This document shows positions 29,501-43,344 of a DNA stretch of 64,000 nucleotides, in pieces. The position numbers were made by a program, and so were the translations under genes. The DNA is taken from positions 248,001-312,000 of the forward strand of contig LSRY02000039.1 of NCBI GenBank assembly GCA_001643675.2. The letters run 5' to 3'. Source of the DNA: Monocercomonoides exilis PA203 (Eukaryota; Protista; Preaxostyla). The number at the start of each line of letters is the position of its first letter. Within the stretch, counting starts at the first letter, position 1. The notes below the pieces were generated by a model. The model saw nothing but the letters and a program-made list of their open reading frames with translations, was not told the origin of the DNA and searched no databases.

Positions 29501-31747
29501 GGGAGTGTTGTGAGAATTGAGAGGAGCAAGACAAGTGTGAATCTGATAAATTGTTCATTTTCTTTTTGTTTGCTTTCAGCTGAGAAAGGAAGCCAGTTGT
29601 CCGTTTCGGAAAGTTCTGATGTTTCAATTGTTTCGTGTCTGTTTGATGGCAAAACAACAGATGATCCAGTCAGCCACCAGAAGAATAATGATTTGGAAGA
29701 AGATGAAGAAGAAAATGACAAAGAACATAACCCATTATGTTGTTGGAATGGATCAGTTGTGGATGTGAAGTCAAGCAATGTAACAATGAAAGACACCACA
29801 ATCAACAACTCAAAGAAAGGAGGACTTTCATTGTCAAATGGAAGCTTGGAGATTTTTGAAGGAAAATATGAGGGAAACAATCCATCGATTCAGAATTATC
29901 CATCAGCAAGAAGGAACATTCTATGTGAAGGCTCTTCAGAATTGAATGTTGTAAGTTTGAAAGGAGGAGATGGAGTGAAAGATAATTCATCGTTGTGGAT
30001 ATTAGATGGAGGATGTTCATTGGAAGGGATTGTCGGAGAAAGAGCATCTCCCTTTTTCATCCCGAAGGTGGAGAGTGTGTCATCTGAGAAGTCTGAAGAG
30101 AAAGTGAATCTTGTGTTCAGAGGATCACTTCTCCTCCCTTGCAATCTCTCATTCGAAACAGTTGCAGCAGAAGGAGATGAAGAGGTGGTTGAGAAGCATT
30201 TGCTTGATGAAAGAGAATTCATATCAGAAGAAGAGGTTCATGGGTCTGTTCCTGTAGAAACAATTGAAGGAGTGGCAAGTGGAGCAGAAGTGTCAGTTTG
30301 CATTCTGTTTGGAAATTCTGATTTGCCTTCATCAACTGACCCATTCATTCTCAAAAATAAAAGTGAGCACAAATCAAATGGAGATGACAAATTAGTTGAA
30401 GGAGGAAAAGGATCAAACTCTTTTTGGGTTATTATTGCGATTGCATGTTCAGTAGTAATTGTTTTACTGGTAATAATTGTTGCATTGGTAGTTCGATGGA
30501 GAAAGCAAAAGAGAAGGACAGAAGAACTGGAAGTTATTGTGAATGACACAGTGAGGAAGGATCCAAAGGCGTTTGAGATGGTGACGATGGAGATGTCACC
30601 TGAGGAGCAGTGGAGGAGAGCAGAAAGAGAAGCTGAGAAGAAGAATGAGGAGAGGATAAAGAAGAGAGTGTATGAGAATAGCTTGGGACATTCAGAGTCA
30701 TCGGAGCATTTGTTGAGTGAGAGTGGCTCCACTGAATACATATTGGGAAAAGATTCAGACAAGATTCCTGATTGGGCATTGGAAAAGGTTGAAGAAGAGG
30801 AAATTAGAAAACAGACTCCATCACCATCAATTTCTTCAACACGTTCAACTGACACAGAATCAACATTTGTTCGAGGAGAAGATCTGTGTCCAACTACCTC
30901 ATCGATGTCGAATCTGGTAGATGCAATGGCCTGCTCATCTCCTCATGAGAAGTTGATTGTTGATCTGAGGGATTCGATGTTCATGCTGCTGCATGGACGG
31001 AATAAGACAAAGGAGATGGCGATTGGCACTCTTCAACAAAGAGAGCAGACAGCTGCTCAGATCCTGTTCTGGGTGGCTAATCTCGCGCTACACTCATTTG
31101 AAGAAATGGAAAACGGATTATCTTCTTTGGCAAATCTGAGTCCTCATATCATTCTGTTCTCAGAGCATATGGTCATCTGTATCGCTCTTCACTCTGATTG
31201 CTCATCAGACTCAGATACCTCTTCCATCTCTTCATCAACTGTTGTGACGTCTGCTAGCGATGATGATGATGATGATGATTCCCTGCCCTCATCTGCCTTT
31301 GAGGAGGAGGATGATTTCAAAAAAGAGTGTCTAAGGTGGAAGGCACCAGAGCTGCTGATCAACAAGAAGATGGGAGCAACAAAGGAGTCAGTGGTGTTTT
31401 CGATTGGGATGATGCTGTGGGAGTGCTTGACACTTCGGATCCCATTTGGAGAGTATGAAACGGAAGTTGCCGGACAGAAAATAATCAACGGAGAAAGGCC
31501 AGATTTTGATCATATAAGACACTCTTTGTTGTCGCATTATATCGAGACGTGCATGTCAAGTGATACGTCTAAAAGGCCAACACTAATGAACATGAAACGT
31601 GAGTTTATTTCACGTTTTCCTGGGGGCGGTCACACAATGACAATGAGCGACGCGATAGATTTCTATGACAGATCCGGTGTTGCAAATGTGGAAAGCAATA
31701 AACAATCGGAAAAGATTGAAATTGAGAATTCAGAAATATCGTATTGA
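23548..31747 (+). CDS. Giant Cys/Gly-rich single-pass surface protein with C-terminal degenerate TK/TKL-like kinase domain (~2697 aa; intron 24565-24670)
   Basis: Signal-peptide-like N terminus. A phase-0 GT-AG intron joins ORFs 23545-24570 and 24707-31747. Repeated GGA(I/L)/GGG and CG....PC modules, TM FWVIIAIACSVVIVLLVIIVALVV, and kinase C-lobe motifs RWKAPE, VFSIGMMLWE, IPF, RP. Confidence 0.85.
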
Positions 31748-32099
31748 ATGATTCCACCCATTTTTTTGTCACTGCAAAATCGAATCCTATGAAAGATGTT
31801 AAGAGACAACTAGAAATTTGTTGGCTTATACAATCAAAACAGAAGCATTGAATTCATCATGGATAATAACATATTCGAAAAGTGAATATGGTGAAACAAG
31901 AAATAGAATATGAGCAAGCTTTTGCTTAAGGGAGCTTGAAAAGCATATTTAATGAAGGTGGAAAATTGTTTATTTTCTTTCAATTCGGAAGAGTTGGAAA
32001 AAATGTGTAATCTGACTAGGATTTATCTTCATTTGTGATTTTGTTATCGCATCAATATATCCATGTCATATTTTTTGTGTAATGCTTTTTGAAATAAAT

Positions 32100-33800
32100 G
32101 ATATAATTTCATCTTCATTCCAGTTAATCAAAAATAATTTTTTTTATGGAAAAAATATTCCAAATTTTGAAATTTTAGCTTCTCGAAAGCAACCCCTTAT
32201 TTGAAATCCTTATGAAATTAATTCATTTTGGTCGACGATTTGCAGATCATGAAATAATAGTTACAGCAACTATGCTCTTAGAAAAACAATGGAAATTGAT
32301 TTGTAATCAGCATAGGAATAAAATGAATTTTCGGTTGGTTACTTAGAATGTTGTATCTTTCATTTTGCGTAAAACTTTTGAGAAACCAATTAATATGTTT
32401 TTCAAAATAATTGAAGCAGAAATGCATTTCTTAAATTTCCGCTTTTAAGAACGTTTGGTCATAGGATTATTGATTGATAAATGGAAATGAAATGCCAGTT
32501 CAATTGTACTGAAGGGATTTATAATCTGTTATCATTTAGTAAATGTGAAGACTGCTATGAAAAACAATAAACTGCTGCAAAAACAACATGAACACTTGTT
32601 TTATCAAAGTTCAAAATGCCATTGATTCGACAATCCATGTGCCAAGAGCAAACGATAAAAAAATAGGTTTCAAACAGATTTTCAGATTGTTTTTGAGTAT
32701 TTCTGGTTCGTCAAACACACAAGCATTAACAAGAAATACGAATGTTTCCACATTTGATCTGATAACAAATCTTTCCGAATATTGTGTTCATGTCAAAAGC
32801 TTTTCTATGAAGAAACTTTTAAAAAGAAATTGCAACTATTTGTTTCTTCACCAAATGCGAGTGTTTCTGATGCGCTTGTCAATCCGATAAATAAGTGAAG
32901 AAAAAGTTTGTTCCAGAAGTTATTGACATAAATGCTTCAATTCATTTTAGAAAAGTGCAATTTGAACCGAAATGATTCCAACTGTTGATGGCATGGAATT
33001 TTCAGCCCAACAGGTGAGAAGTACGCTATTACTGAGGCTCCCAAGTAAAAATTCACTCATCTAAAGCAGTGAAGGTTAAATATCAACTCTAACAGATTTA
33101 TTTCAGTCAGAGTTTGAATGAAATGTTTGTTTGCTGATTAACGTGCAAATTTCCAAAGTAAATTCGCTGAAAATAATTGCAGATAAAGAATGTGTATCTC
33201 ATTTGCGCAAGCAAGAAAATTCTATTTGAAATAATGTTGTCATTGTAGAGGCGGAAGAAGAATGAAGGTTCGTCAATTCTCTTCAAATTGAAATTGCTTA
33301 ATAATTGTCCTCGTCAGCGTAGTCTGAATAGCAGAGCTGCTGTGATAGTTGAAAAGGTGTTGTTCATCTTTGAAAAGAAGAGTTTAAAATATTTTGAGGA
33401 AAATAAGCCTTTATCTGAAATTCAAAAAGTTAAGAAAGAAGAAGTACTAAACGAGCAGCACTTTCACAGTGAGAAAGAAAGTTTCGTTGTGAAATCATGA
33501 TTCATTTTGGGCAGATAACAAAACGATGCTTGAATGAGTGGCTACAACAGTGAAGACTGAAATGAAAAAAAGGAAAATTCATTTGAAGTTGATTAGAAAT
33601 ATGTGACAAGTAACAATTAATATGAAAGATAAAGTTATTCCTGAATGAGCATTCTTTCTCTAAAACTTCTGCTTCTTCTCTCAGAAATTTTGATAATTTG
33701 TCATTTTTGTTGATTTCATTTTGGCTTGTCGAATTATTTACAGATGTTGTTATCTCTTGAAACATAAAAATAATGTTGATTCACATAAAGTTGTGCATTC
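32100..33800 (-). pseudogene. Probable degenerate 5' fragment of the same surface-protein family
   Basis: ORF 33502-33765 (...QMNFPFFHFSL...) resembles the N terminus of the 23548 gene (TMNIPRFHFTI). Downstream sequence is coding-like but full of stops. Confidence 0.3.
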
Positions 33801-36443
33801 TTTCGTTTCAACGAAAAGAAGTTGACAAGATCAAGGAAGTCTTCGTATTTAAGCTGAAGCAAGTGTATTTCTTAAAAAAATTCCTGAAGATTATGATGAA
33901 AAAATGTATGTCTCTCTGAATTGCAAAATCGTTTTGATTCATTGACAAAATTTCTTATGGCTTTCAATCCAAACGAAGTCGATGAAGAACATTTATGAGC
34001 TAGCAATGAAGTATATTTGTGAAGAATCAATATTACAAAGGACGGGACTCTGAAGGACAAAATGTCAACACCGAGAATCAGAAAAGATGCCCGCGATATA
34101 TTCAACGAAATATTACAACTTCGTTATGATCTTGACGCATTGTATTATATAATCTTCATATGCGCATAAACTGTTGCACAATCAAGGCATCTCAAGAATG
34201 TGAAAGTGGAAATAATTGTAATGTTGTTGTTGGAGAAGAGGATTCGAGATATCAAGAAACAACAGTTGATCAAATGGAAGCGTCAGAGTAGTTAAATCAC
34301 ATTCATTATCAGAATCTAAAAGCTTTCAAATGGCAAGCGTGGGAATAATAATAATAACGCGTTGCAGTTGGAGAAGAAAATAGCAAAACGATAGACCGTT
34401 CTTCTTGTTATCGATGTGTGAATGCTCCGTTATTGTGCAATTCATCTGTTTCTCGTTTGCATTCCTGACAAATGACATATGATAAGTGTTATGTTGGAGT
34501 CAGAAACCTTTGCAAGATGATGAATCCATCTTTACAGCTACCACTGTGATGTTGGGTTGGGTTGTGTTGTTTCTGTTATAATTTTCCATAAATTGTGAAG
34601 AATAACTCGCTTTTGAAATAAAGATATTTCTGAAGAAATTCATAGAGCTTGCTTTCAGCGCAAAAAGCATTCTGATTCAAAAGTAGCTCGAAGTCAATAT
34701 TCATTAGAGCTAAACAATGCGAAGTTGATAAAGCTTCAAAAGCTGATTCAAATGTCAGTGATCATCTCAAGGTGAAATTGTTATATAAAATTGCATTGAA
34801 GGTAAAAATAATTCGCTGTTTGATTTTGTATCTTTGTTGAGATTCGTAATCGCATTAGCTCGAACATTTTCAGCTTAAAAGCAAATAAATGGGAAATCTT
34901 TCCATTTTTCGTGAGAAAGAGATAATCGATTTAAATCTTATTTAACAGCACGTTTCAATAAGGTGGAAGGCTTGTGGCATATTGCAAGTTCATGTTTGAC
35001 TACTAATTTACATATAAAGTATTCGTCTCTGCTTCTTCTCAAAGCTTTCAAACAAAATCCGCTCTGCATGCTTCATTCAATTTTAAATAAAGCATTTTCT
35101 CTTTGTAAGACTTCGATCTTTTTTGCGTTCAAATAACGTTGCATCATGGGATTTACGTTTTTGTTTCATTTGAAAGAGCAAAAAATGATGAAATGACTGA
35201 TCGATGAAAGATCAAAGATAATAAGAACGACAAAGGAAATGGACAGGTAAATTTTGTTGCTTCTTATAATAAAGACAAATAAAGAGGTTCATTGTATCTA
35301 CAAAAGGCAATAGGTTATTAAAGTGTTTCAAAAGTCAATAATTCCAACATTTTGTTCCTTATGGTGTAAATCTTCATTACTTTTTCTATAAGAGTTATAA
35401 TATATAAATTGAATATTGTTTAGGATAATGGAAAATATTCTAATGTTAAAGATTCTTCTTTTGAACGACTACTTCCATGCGTTTCCGCTTTCATTTAAAT
35501 AGTAATATAAAAAGTCAACAGAATAAATGTATTGTTCATCAGTTAAAAATATTCGAAACATGAAATTTATGGCTAACTTTTCGCAGAAGAAAGCAGTGTA
35601 AATTGTTCAATAATCATCGTCAACAAATGCAAGATAAATAATAATTATTGAAACAAACGATTGCTTAAAAAAAAAGCATTGGCTGTGAAATCATCCAAGT
35701 TCCAAGTAAATAAAAGCAGTGCAATTGTAGTTTTGTTGTAAATGTTTTTATTGATGTGCTTTTAGATAATTACATTAAGAAATAATTAGATCTTGAATAA
35801 ATAAATCCCTTGAAACATAACAACAAATAGAAATCAACTAATAGCTAATACGTTTGAACGTAAACATATTTTGAATTTTTGAGATTTCATTTGTTTCGGA
35901 ATGAAGTTTAAAACAAAGAATATTTTTATGATTATTTAGCTATGGAAATTGATCGAGAATCTTTGCAAGAAATAGCCAAATATTACAATAATGTCAAAAA
36001 GAAAAAAGGAAAGAAAGAAAATTGGAGCAAAATGAAATAATTGAAGTTAAGCTTGTAAAACAGAATCAAGATTGTGTTTTTTCGAAATAATAAAAGTTGG
36101 TTGCTGAGTAATAAGGCTGAAAAGTTTTCCCAAGCTGGTGATTTGGTCAGTATATCAAAATGTTGATAATTATATGATTTGAATTAGCTCAACGATTACA
36201 AATAAATTCTATTTGATAAATTTATTTGTTTTTGTGAGATTTCTATTTTTTTTTTTTTTTTATGATTGATTGATAACATTATGAAAAAATCACAATTTAT
36301 TAACACGTTAAAGGTTTCTTAATATGAAAAAAATTTAAACATTTTATATCAACTTCACAATTTATATCTTTGAAAATTGATCAAATTCCCTAAATAATCT
36401 GAATTGACAATCATCCAAAGACCGTTGACAAGTTGATTTGGTT

Positions 36444-39400
36444 ATGACATCAGCGGAAACTAAATCAGTTGCCAGTTTCGGAAATGATGATAGAACAACT
36501 GTACCATATGCGAGATTCGGATCATTCGATCAATTGTTTCCTATTCTTTTGTTGTGATTTATAATTTTGATATTTTCGAAATATTTCAGTTTATTTTCTT
36601 TTTTTTATGGATATAAAGTGGTATGCCTTACTATTGCACCTTATTTTAAGATTGAAAATTTTCATTAGCATTCAAAACCTGTAACCACATCATTTATTAC
36701 TGTTTGCGGTGCTCTAATGTCTTTTCAGTGGCTTTTTCTTTCAATGCGTCGAAGTGATGTTCCACATTTACACTTCTATGAAGTTTATCGTCGTATTGGG
36801 TTTGAAGTTATTTCTTTTTCATTGCCTTTTACAAGTTGTTTTCAGTCTTTATTTCGATCCTTCATTTTATTCCCCAAGTTTTATTTCATTTATCGTATTT
36901 TTCGTAATTGCAAGCGTTGGAACTTTGTTAACGCTTATTCTTGGGGGAATCATTTGTTTTCTTATTCGAAGAGAAGCTCGAATAAGCCACATTCTACATT
37001 CGTGCTCTGATAATCTTGGAATTGTGATTACCCACCCTCTTACTTGCCCGTTTGTCACTCTTCTTACAAAACCTCTTAGTTGCTTGCTGACGTCAACACG
37101 TACAGAAAATATGACTTACTGTGTTGATGGAGCAGCTTTACCTCTGTCAATTATTGGAATAATTATGATATTTATTTTAGTTACATTTACCACTACCTAT
37201 AGATTTTTTGTTTTTGACCCACAAATGAAAACTCCATCGATCAATTCGTCGAGAAAAGGAATTTTTTTTTCAGTTTTACAAGTTACTAATGTATTAGCAA
37301 CGTTTATATGTACTTTGTTCCAGGAATGGCTTCCTATGGTTTCAAGCATCACGCAAATCATATTGTTTGGGATGCTAGCAACACTTCACATCTATTACCT
37401 GCCTCACACGTCCCTTGGAGGCAACATGATATTTGGTCTTGCGTACTCTGTGTCCAGCTCCTGTGGAGTCATCTCGCTCCTGATGCCTGTGTTTGATTCT
37501 CTCGCTGCGAAGTCTCCTGCCCTGGGCATAGCGTTGTTCTATCTGTGCTGGCTGGTGACTGGAATCGTCGTCGGCGGATGTGCCGTGGCTGTTGTGAAGA
37601 AGCGGCACATGTCGATGCAGCTGATTGATCCCATCGTGGAGGAGGTGATGAACTCGTCTGCTGACCGGTTTCTCCTGTCTGACAGAGAACTGGACAGAAG
37701 TGCAGCTGAACAAGACTACGAGCGAAGGAAAAAGGCTCTGAAGAAAGTTGTCACTGGGTTTTCAGTCACTTTTGATGAAGTCACAGTCGAGCACAGGTTC
37801 TCCAGCCAGTTGACTTCCTCCACTGCATCGCTGCCTTCCTACCAGCCCCAGTTCGGGATGTCGATGATTCCTTCCCAATCAACTTCGCCTCTTCCGTCTT
37901 CGTCTATGTTTTCGTCTTCATCAACACCCTCGCTCATCACCGCCTATCAAAACAGCTCGGCACCGCACCACTTTACCTCGCAGTCGAATTTGGCATCTTC
38001 TTCGTCCGTCTCATCGCTTGCCTCATACTCGACGTTCCTGGCCAACCAAAACGAGATTGTCGATGCGCTGCTCCGGAAAGTCAAGTCACCGGGGCAGATT
38101 TGGCACTCGCTCGAATTTCTGTCCAATCCGGCATTCAACAAAGAAGGCGTGGTTGTCTCCTTTGTCAACACTTTCTTTATCCGGGCGCTGAAAAAAGAGC
38201 GCTTCGCCACATCCGCTGAGCTGTATATATCATATGCCTTATTCCTCCACAACTTTCTACCGTCGCCTCAGAAGATGGCTATCCAGCTGCAGAAGGCCTG
38301 TGAATTGTATCCCGGGTGGACCAGCCGCTGGGTTATTTGGACGCTCACAAAGGAGCTGGAGTCGCAGATAGGCGGGAGAGGCTATGCTGGTAGCGGCGGT
38401 GGGATGCCTGCTGGGATGATTGGAGGGTACGGGCAGCTTGGAGAAGGGAGCCAGAGCACAACAGACAGCACGATGCAGCTGTCGTCGATCTCAAACAGCC
38501 GGATGCAGCTGGCGCAGGCGCAGAAGCATTACGATCTGGCAAAGGCGCATGTGTTCCGGATGTGGTCGTTTCTGTCGCGCCGCGTGGTGGATGTGAACAG
38601 CGTAATGCGCCACGCGGTGAAGGCAGTGCACTTCGAGAAGCTGGCAGACGACGTGTACATGCAGACGCTGGAGCAGAACCCGAGCAACCCGAATGTGATG
38701 CGCAAGCTGGCGCTGCTGCTGCGCGATGTGTATGCAGACGACGAGACTGCCAACCACCTGCTGCACGAGGCAGATGTGATTGAGGAGGAGACGCTGATGG
38801 AAGACTACGTGGACACGGATGAGTCCATGACAACGGAATATGAAGAGATGAGCACAGGGACAGAACAACAAGGAATTGGGCATGGCGCAAAGGGGATGCA
38901 GAAGCAGATGGGTGGTAATGTGTATGGTGAAATGGGCAAATCAGCAGAGGAAGTGTGGGACGATGCACTTGCAAAGGAAGGAGGTGGCAACGGAGCAGGA
39001 AGCAGCGGGGGTGGAGGGAATAATTACTTCCAGATGAGAGGGAAAGCCAAAGAGAGCCGCCTCCAGCGCAACAAGGCGGCGAAAAGGGGCGACAAAACTC
39101 GGAGGATGTACGGATTGAAGCGCCCAGGGAATTTAACAGAAAACATTTTGAAGAAGAACAACAACAATTCAATGAAAGTGATGATGCCAATGTTGCTATT
39201 TGGGATAGTTGTGGTTGCTGGTCTGTTTATTGGAGCTTATTTGCAGACGACAGTGCGGTTTAACAGAGCACTTGATTCAGTTGTGTGTGAACGGTTAGCG
39301 ATTTCAATGAACAGAAATTTCAACCATCTTGTAGAGCTGGCAACGAACAACGTGGCAATGGTTGAAATGTTCGACATCACGCAGAATTTGCCCATGTTTG

Positions 39401-42099
39401 AAATTGTGAAGGAGAATACTGTGAAGGCTGCGAAGCTTATGAAGGACACAGCAGCCAGCCAGACGCAGTTGTACCATCAGATGGAGGACAGCTGGGTGTG
39501 GAAGAACAAGATGTCTGCGTGGATTGTAGTTGAGCACGACGAAGTGACAGAAACACTCACTGCTTTTTATTCCACAAAGATGAATGTGCTATCGCTGCTG
39601 AGTTGGATCAGCGATGTGGTTCTGGAGCTTGTTGATTTGGACATGACATCACACGAATCGCAGGAGATGTTCCACACTCTGTCTGCTTCGCTGGTTGTGG
39701 ACATCCCAATGATGGTTGGGGAGCAGCTGAAGGAGGTGATGGGCCTCACTTACACGCGCGTGGTGGAGCTACAGAGCACAGGAACCATCATTTTATCGAT
39801 ATTCATGGCGCTGTCAGTGATTGTGCTGACAATGACGACCACAATTCCGCTTGTTGTGGCAATCAATGCACTCACGCAAAAAAGGAAAAACGTGTTGAGG
39901 CAGCTGTGCAACATACCATCAGACACTGCATCGAAGATATTGGAGAAGCTGGAAGGGAAATCGGAGACTAAGACATACAGCACCAGAACTAGCAACTCGT
40001 CTGTTGATGAAACTTCTATTGCTGAGATAGAAGGAGACGAGATATCCAGCAAAGCCTTCGATAGGCGAGGAATAAGAAAGAAGAAATCATCAAAAAGTGT
40101 TTCCTCTTCTGTTATCCCATCTGTATCGCCAGCTATTAATGCAGTGGACAATGCATCCAACCCACTGCATGTGGCAGATCCTGTTTCGCAGCCAGATGAA
40201 AGCATCACCCCGCTGATGTTCCAGATGATGAACACACCACAGCAAAAGAAAGAGCAAATAGATCATCAGACTGCTGAGAATACAATAGTTGCAGAGAACA
40301 CCGAAGCTAAGTTCAATGGAGCAGAAGAGAAAAGAAAGAAAAAAGTTAAGGGACGAAACCACCACACTAGCAGAAAAGACTCCAATTCGGACTCCAGCGA
40401 GAGTGATTCAGAAAGCGAAGGTGGAGGAAGTCAAAGCAGCAGTGGAAGCAGCAGCGATCAAAGCACATCTGATTCTGAAGACAGTGAAAGGAGAGCGAGA
40501 CACAAGCGAAGGAGAAAAGAGAAGGAGCAAGAAAGGCGAGAGAAGCAGAAGAGGAGGAAAGAGGAGGAAATAGCTGCTGCGCAAGAAGAAGAGAAGCAGC
40601 AGATGATCAAGCAGCGAGCTATTGATGTGGACAAGAAACTGCACACGCTTATGGGGGTGATTCCTGCTTCAATATGGATTCGCATAATTTTCGGGGTGTC
40701 GATCATCATCCTCTCCACGAGTGCTTTCTACGTCGTGTCGTTTGTTGCACTGAGCATCTGCGCGGAGTACTCTTCCCAGCTGATGTTGGGAGAGTATCGC
40801 GACATTATCATAGCGCAGCTCAGCACTTTTTCCACGATGCTATCTGCGAAGCAGACGTACCCGACATCCAACAGCTCTGTTGTATTCACGTCTCCTTTGC
40901 TTACGTCTCATATCTTTTCATCTACAAACTACTTTACCACTGTTGACCAATTGCGTGACACGTCTTCCAAACTGGCGCAGTTTCTGGCTTCGCTTACTCG
41001 ACGCTATCTCCTCGGCTCTGAAGAAGGTGGGCTGACTGGAGATTGCGTATTGGATTCAGTGAAGGCCTCGCGCACTCAGGGCAGCAACAAGGAGCTCGAC
41101 CGCCTTTCAAATGAAGCAACAAAATGTCTACTAATAAATAAAACACTGTGCGAGAACAGAACCTCGGACGATTTGGGTGGAGTATCTCTTCCATTCCACG
41201 GAATTTCTGAGCTGATTGAGCGAGTGACGACTGCAGTGAATGACTTGACGCGAAAGAAAGATGAAGATTTGGACTTCAATTTGCAGTCGGCTGTGCTAAT
41301 TAGACAAGTCATTGCAAACGATCTGACAGACGGACTGACACAAATTGGAGAGCATTTTCAGTTGATGACATCAGAATTCAGCAAGCTCTATTCGAATACC
41401 CTACTGGCTCTTTTCATTGTGGCCATTGTTTTATCTCTGCTCTTCTCCCTTGTCTTTTTTGTTCCACTGCCTGGAGAGCTGCAGGAGATAACAATCACCA
41501 CAGAATCGATTGAGCGACTGGCAAAGTCGAAGCACATAGACACCATCGAATGGTCAGACGAACTGGACACATCTGTCAGCCGGATTGACGTTGCACATCG
41601 GGCGCTTGTGGAGGCACTTGCTGGTCTTATCAGCATTGTGGAGAAGAATGAGCCGGTAGAGAAGCTACAGAAGCAGCTGGATTTACTCGTTTCATACACA
41701 GGAACCCATTTTTCAGACGAGGAGCTGTTGATGGAGACATACCGGTATCCGTGGAAATTAACATCAGCCCACAAAGCAGCGCATGTGGGGCTTGTGCGAA
41801 AACTTCTTGACTTCTCCGATAAACTTCTCAGAACACGGCTTCCGCTGTCTGATGTGGTGATGTTCTGCACAACGTGGGTGGTGAGCCACATCAAGACACA
41901 GGATCAGGAGCTGGGGATGTTTCTTGTCCAGCGTGGTAAACCTGAGCATTTATCTCAAATCCCGAATCTGGACGAGTTTGCGGTTCCACCTTCTGTTCAG
42001 GAATTCTTCGAGAGCGACAAGGTTACAATGAAAGAATTGCGAATATTTGAGGAGACGGTTGATCGTATACGTTCCAATAAAACGCAATCAATAAGTTGA
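36444..42099 (+). CDS. Multi-pass membrane protein, TmcB/TmcC-like architecture, with C-terminal hemerythrin domain (~1835 aa; introns 36536-36589, 36621-36668, 36800-36845)
   Basis: Three short GT-AG introns give a continuous frame. N-terminal TM bundle, TPR-like helices (ELYISYALFL, NPSNPNVMRKLALLLRDV), two further TM pairs. Hemerythrin ligands WSDELDTSVSRIDVAH, HFSDEE, HKAAH, WVVSHIKTQD. Confidence 0.8.
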
Positions 42100-43344
42100 T
42101 TTTAAATCTTCTTAAGTAAAAAATTAATACCATCACCCTGCGTCTTTTTTTCCATAAAACATTTTTTTACTTGTATTTTTATGAATAAGTTGTTTTATTG
42201 TTCGCACAATTATTTTTATTTCATTGATCAGCTGTTTTTACAACACTTAATCTCATCCCACATATTTTATTTTATTTTATTTTATTTTTTTCGTCCTTGT
42301 TGCCTCATCCTTTATGTAGTCTATTGAAAGGAAAGTCTTTTTTTCAATGTAAGGCTTTATCAACGTATGTCTTATTTATGTAACTCATCTCGGCACCATC
42401 ATGTTATAAATTCAAATCATTTATTTGTTTTGTTGATTGTATTTGGTGTGCATATTATTATTTAAGTTCATTTTCAGCAAATGTTTATAGATATGTATAT
42501 TTGGTGCGCATTGAATATTTTGTATGTAACAGTTTATTGTTTATTTAAGATAACCAATCCAATTTTGTTTTTCTGATCCAAGCATTCAATGAACGAAAGA
42601 TTGTATTATGTGATTTCTCTCTTTTTTTTTTTTGGAGTATTATTTGAGGAAAGAAAACAATGATTTATCTATTTTTTTTAAATAAAATTTCAAGAAAAGA
42701 CTTGTGGAGTATCAGATTGGACTAAACAAAACGTTATCATTCTTTGAGATTCCCATGAAAATGTCCGATTGTCTTTCTTCGGAGAGGTGATGAAATACAT
42801 TTCTTTCATTTCCAACTCAAATGGAAAATTGATAGGAAATTTTTTTGTAAGTTAAACAATAAGTTCAAAATGCTAAAAAAAAAAAAGGGGGTCTGAAAAG
42901 GTTCATGAATTTTCATCCCAAATAATAAGCCTTTATACCTATTTTTAATAAAATATTTTCTCAAAAATCTCATGCGACCGCAAACATATCAGTTAAAGAA
43001 AATTGTTAAAAAAAAAAAGAAAAAAAAAGCTCAAAAAGCAAAAATGACTGGGAAATTGCACCGATTAGTTGGGTGAGCTTCAATCGAATAAAAAACTTAT
43101 GTTCTAATATACAAACATATATTAACTACATATATAAATAATTGTAATAAAAACAATATGAAAAAATCTTTAAAAAATATGAATAGGCGACATGAATGAA
43201 ATGATTTAAAAATAAGAATTGCTTCCCAACACTGAGTCATTTTATAACAACACATATTTTCAAAGAGATTCACTAGCATTTTCAAACAAACATTTTTCAT
43301 AATGGCTGTTTTTATTTTTCAATGAGCATCAGTGGTAAATTTAA

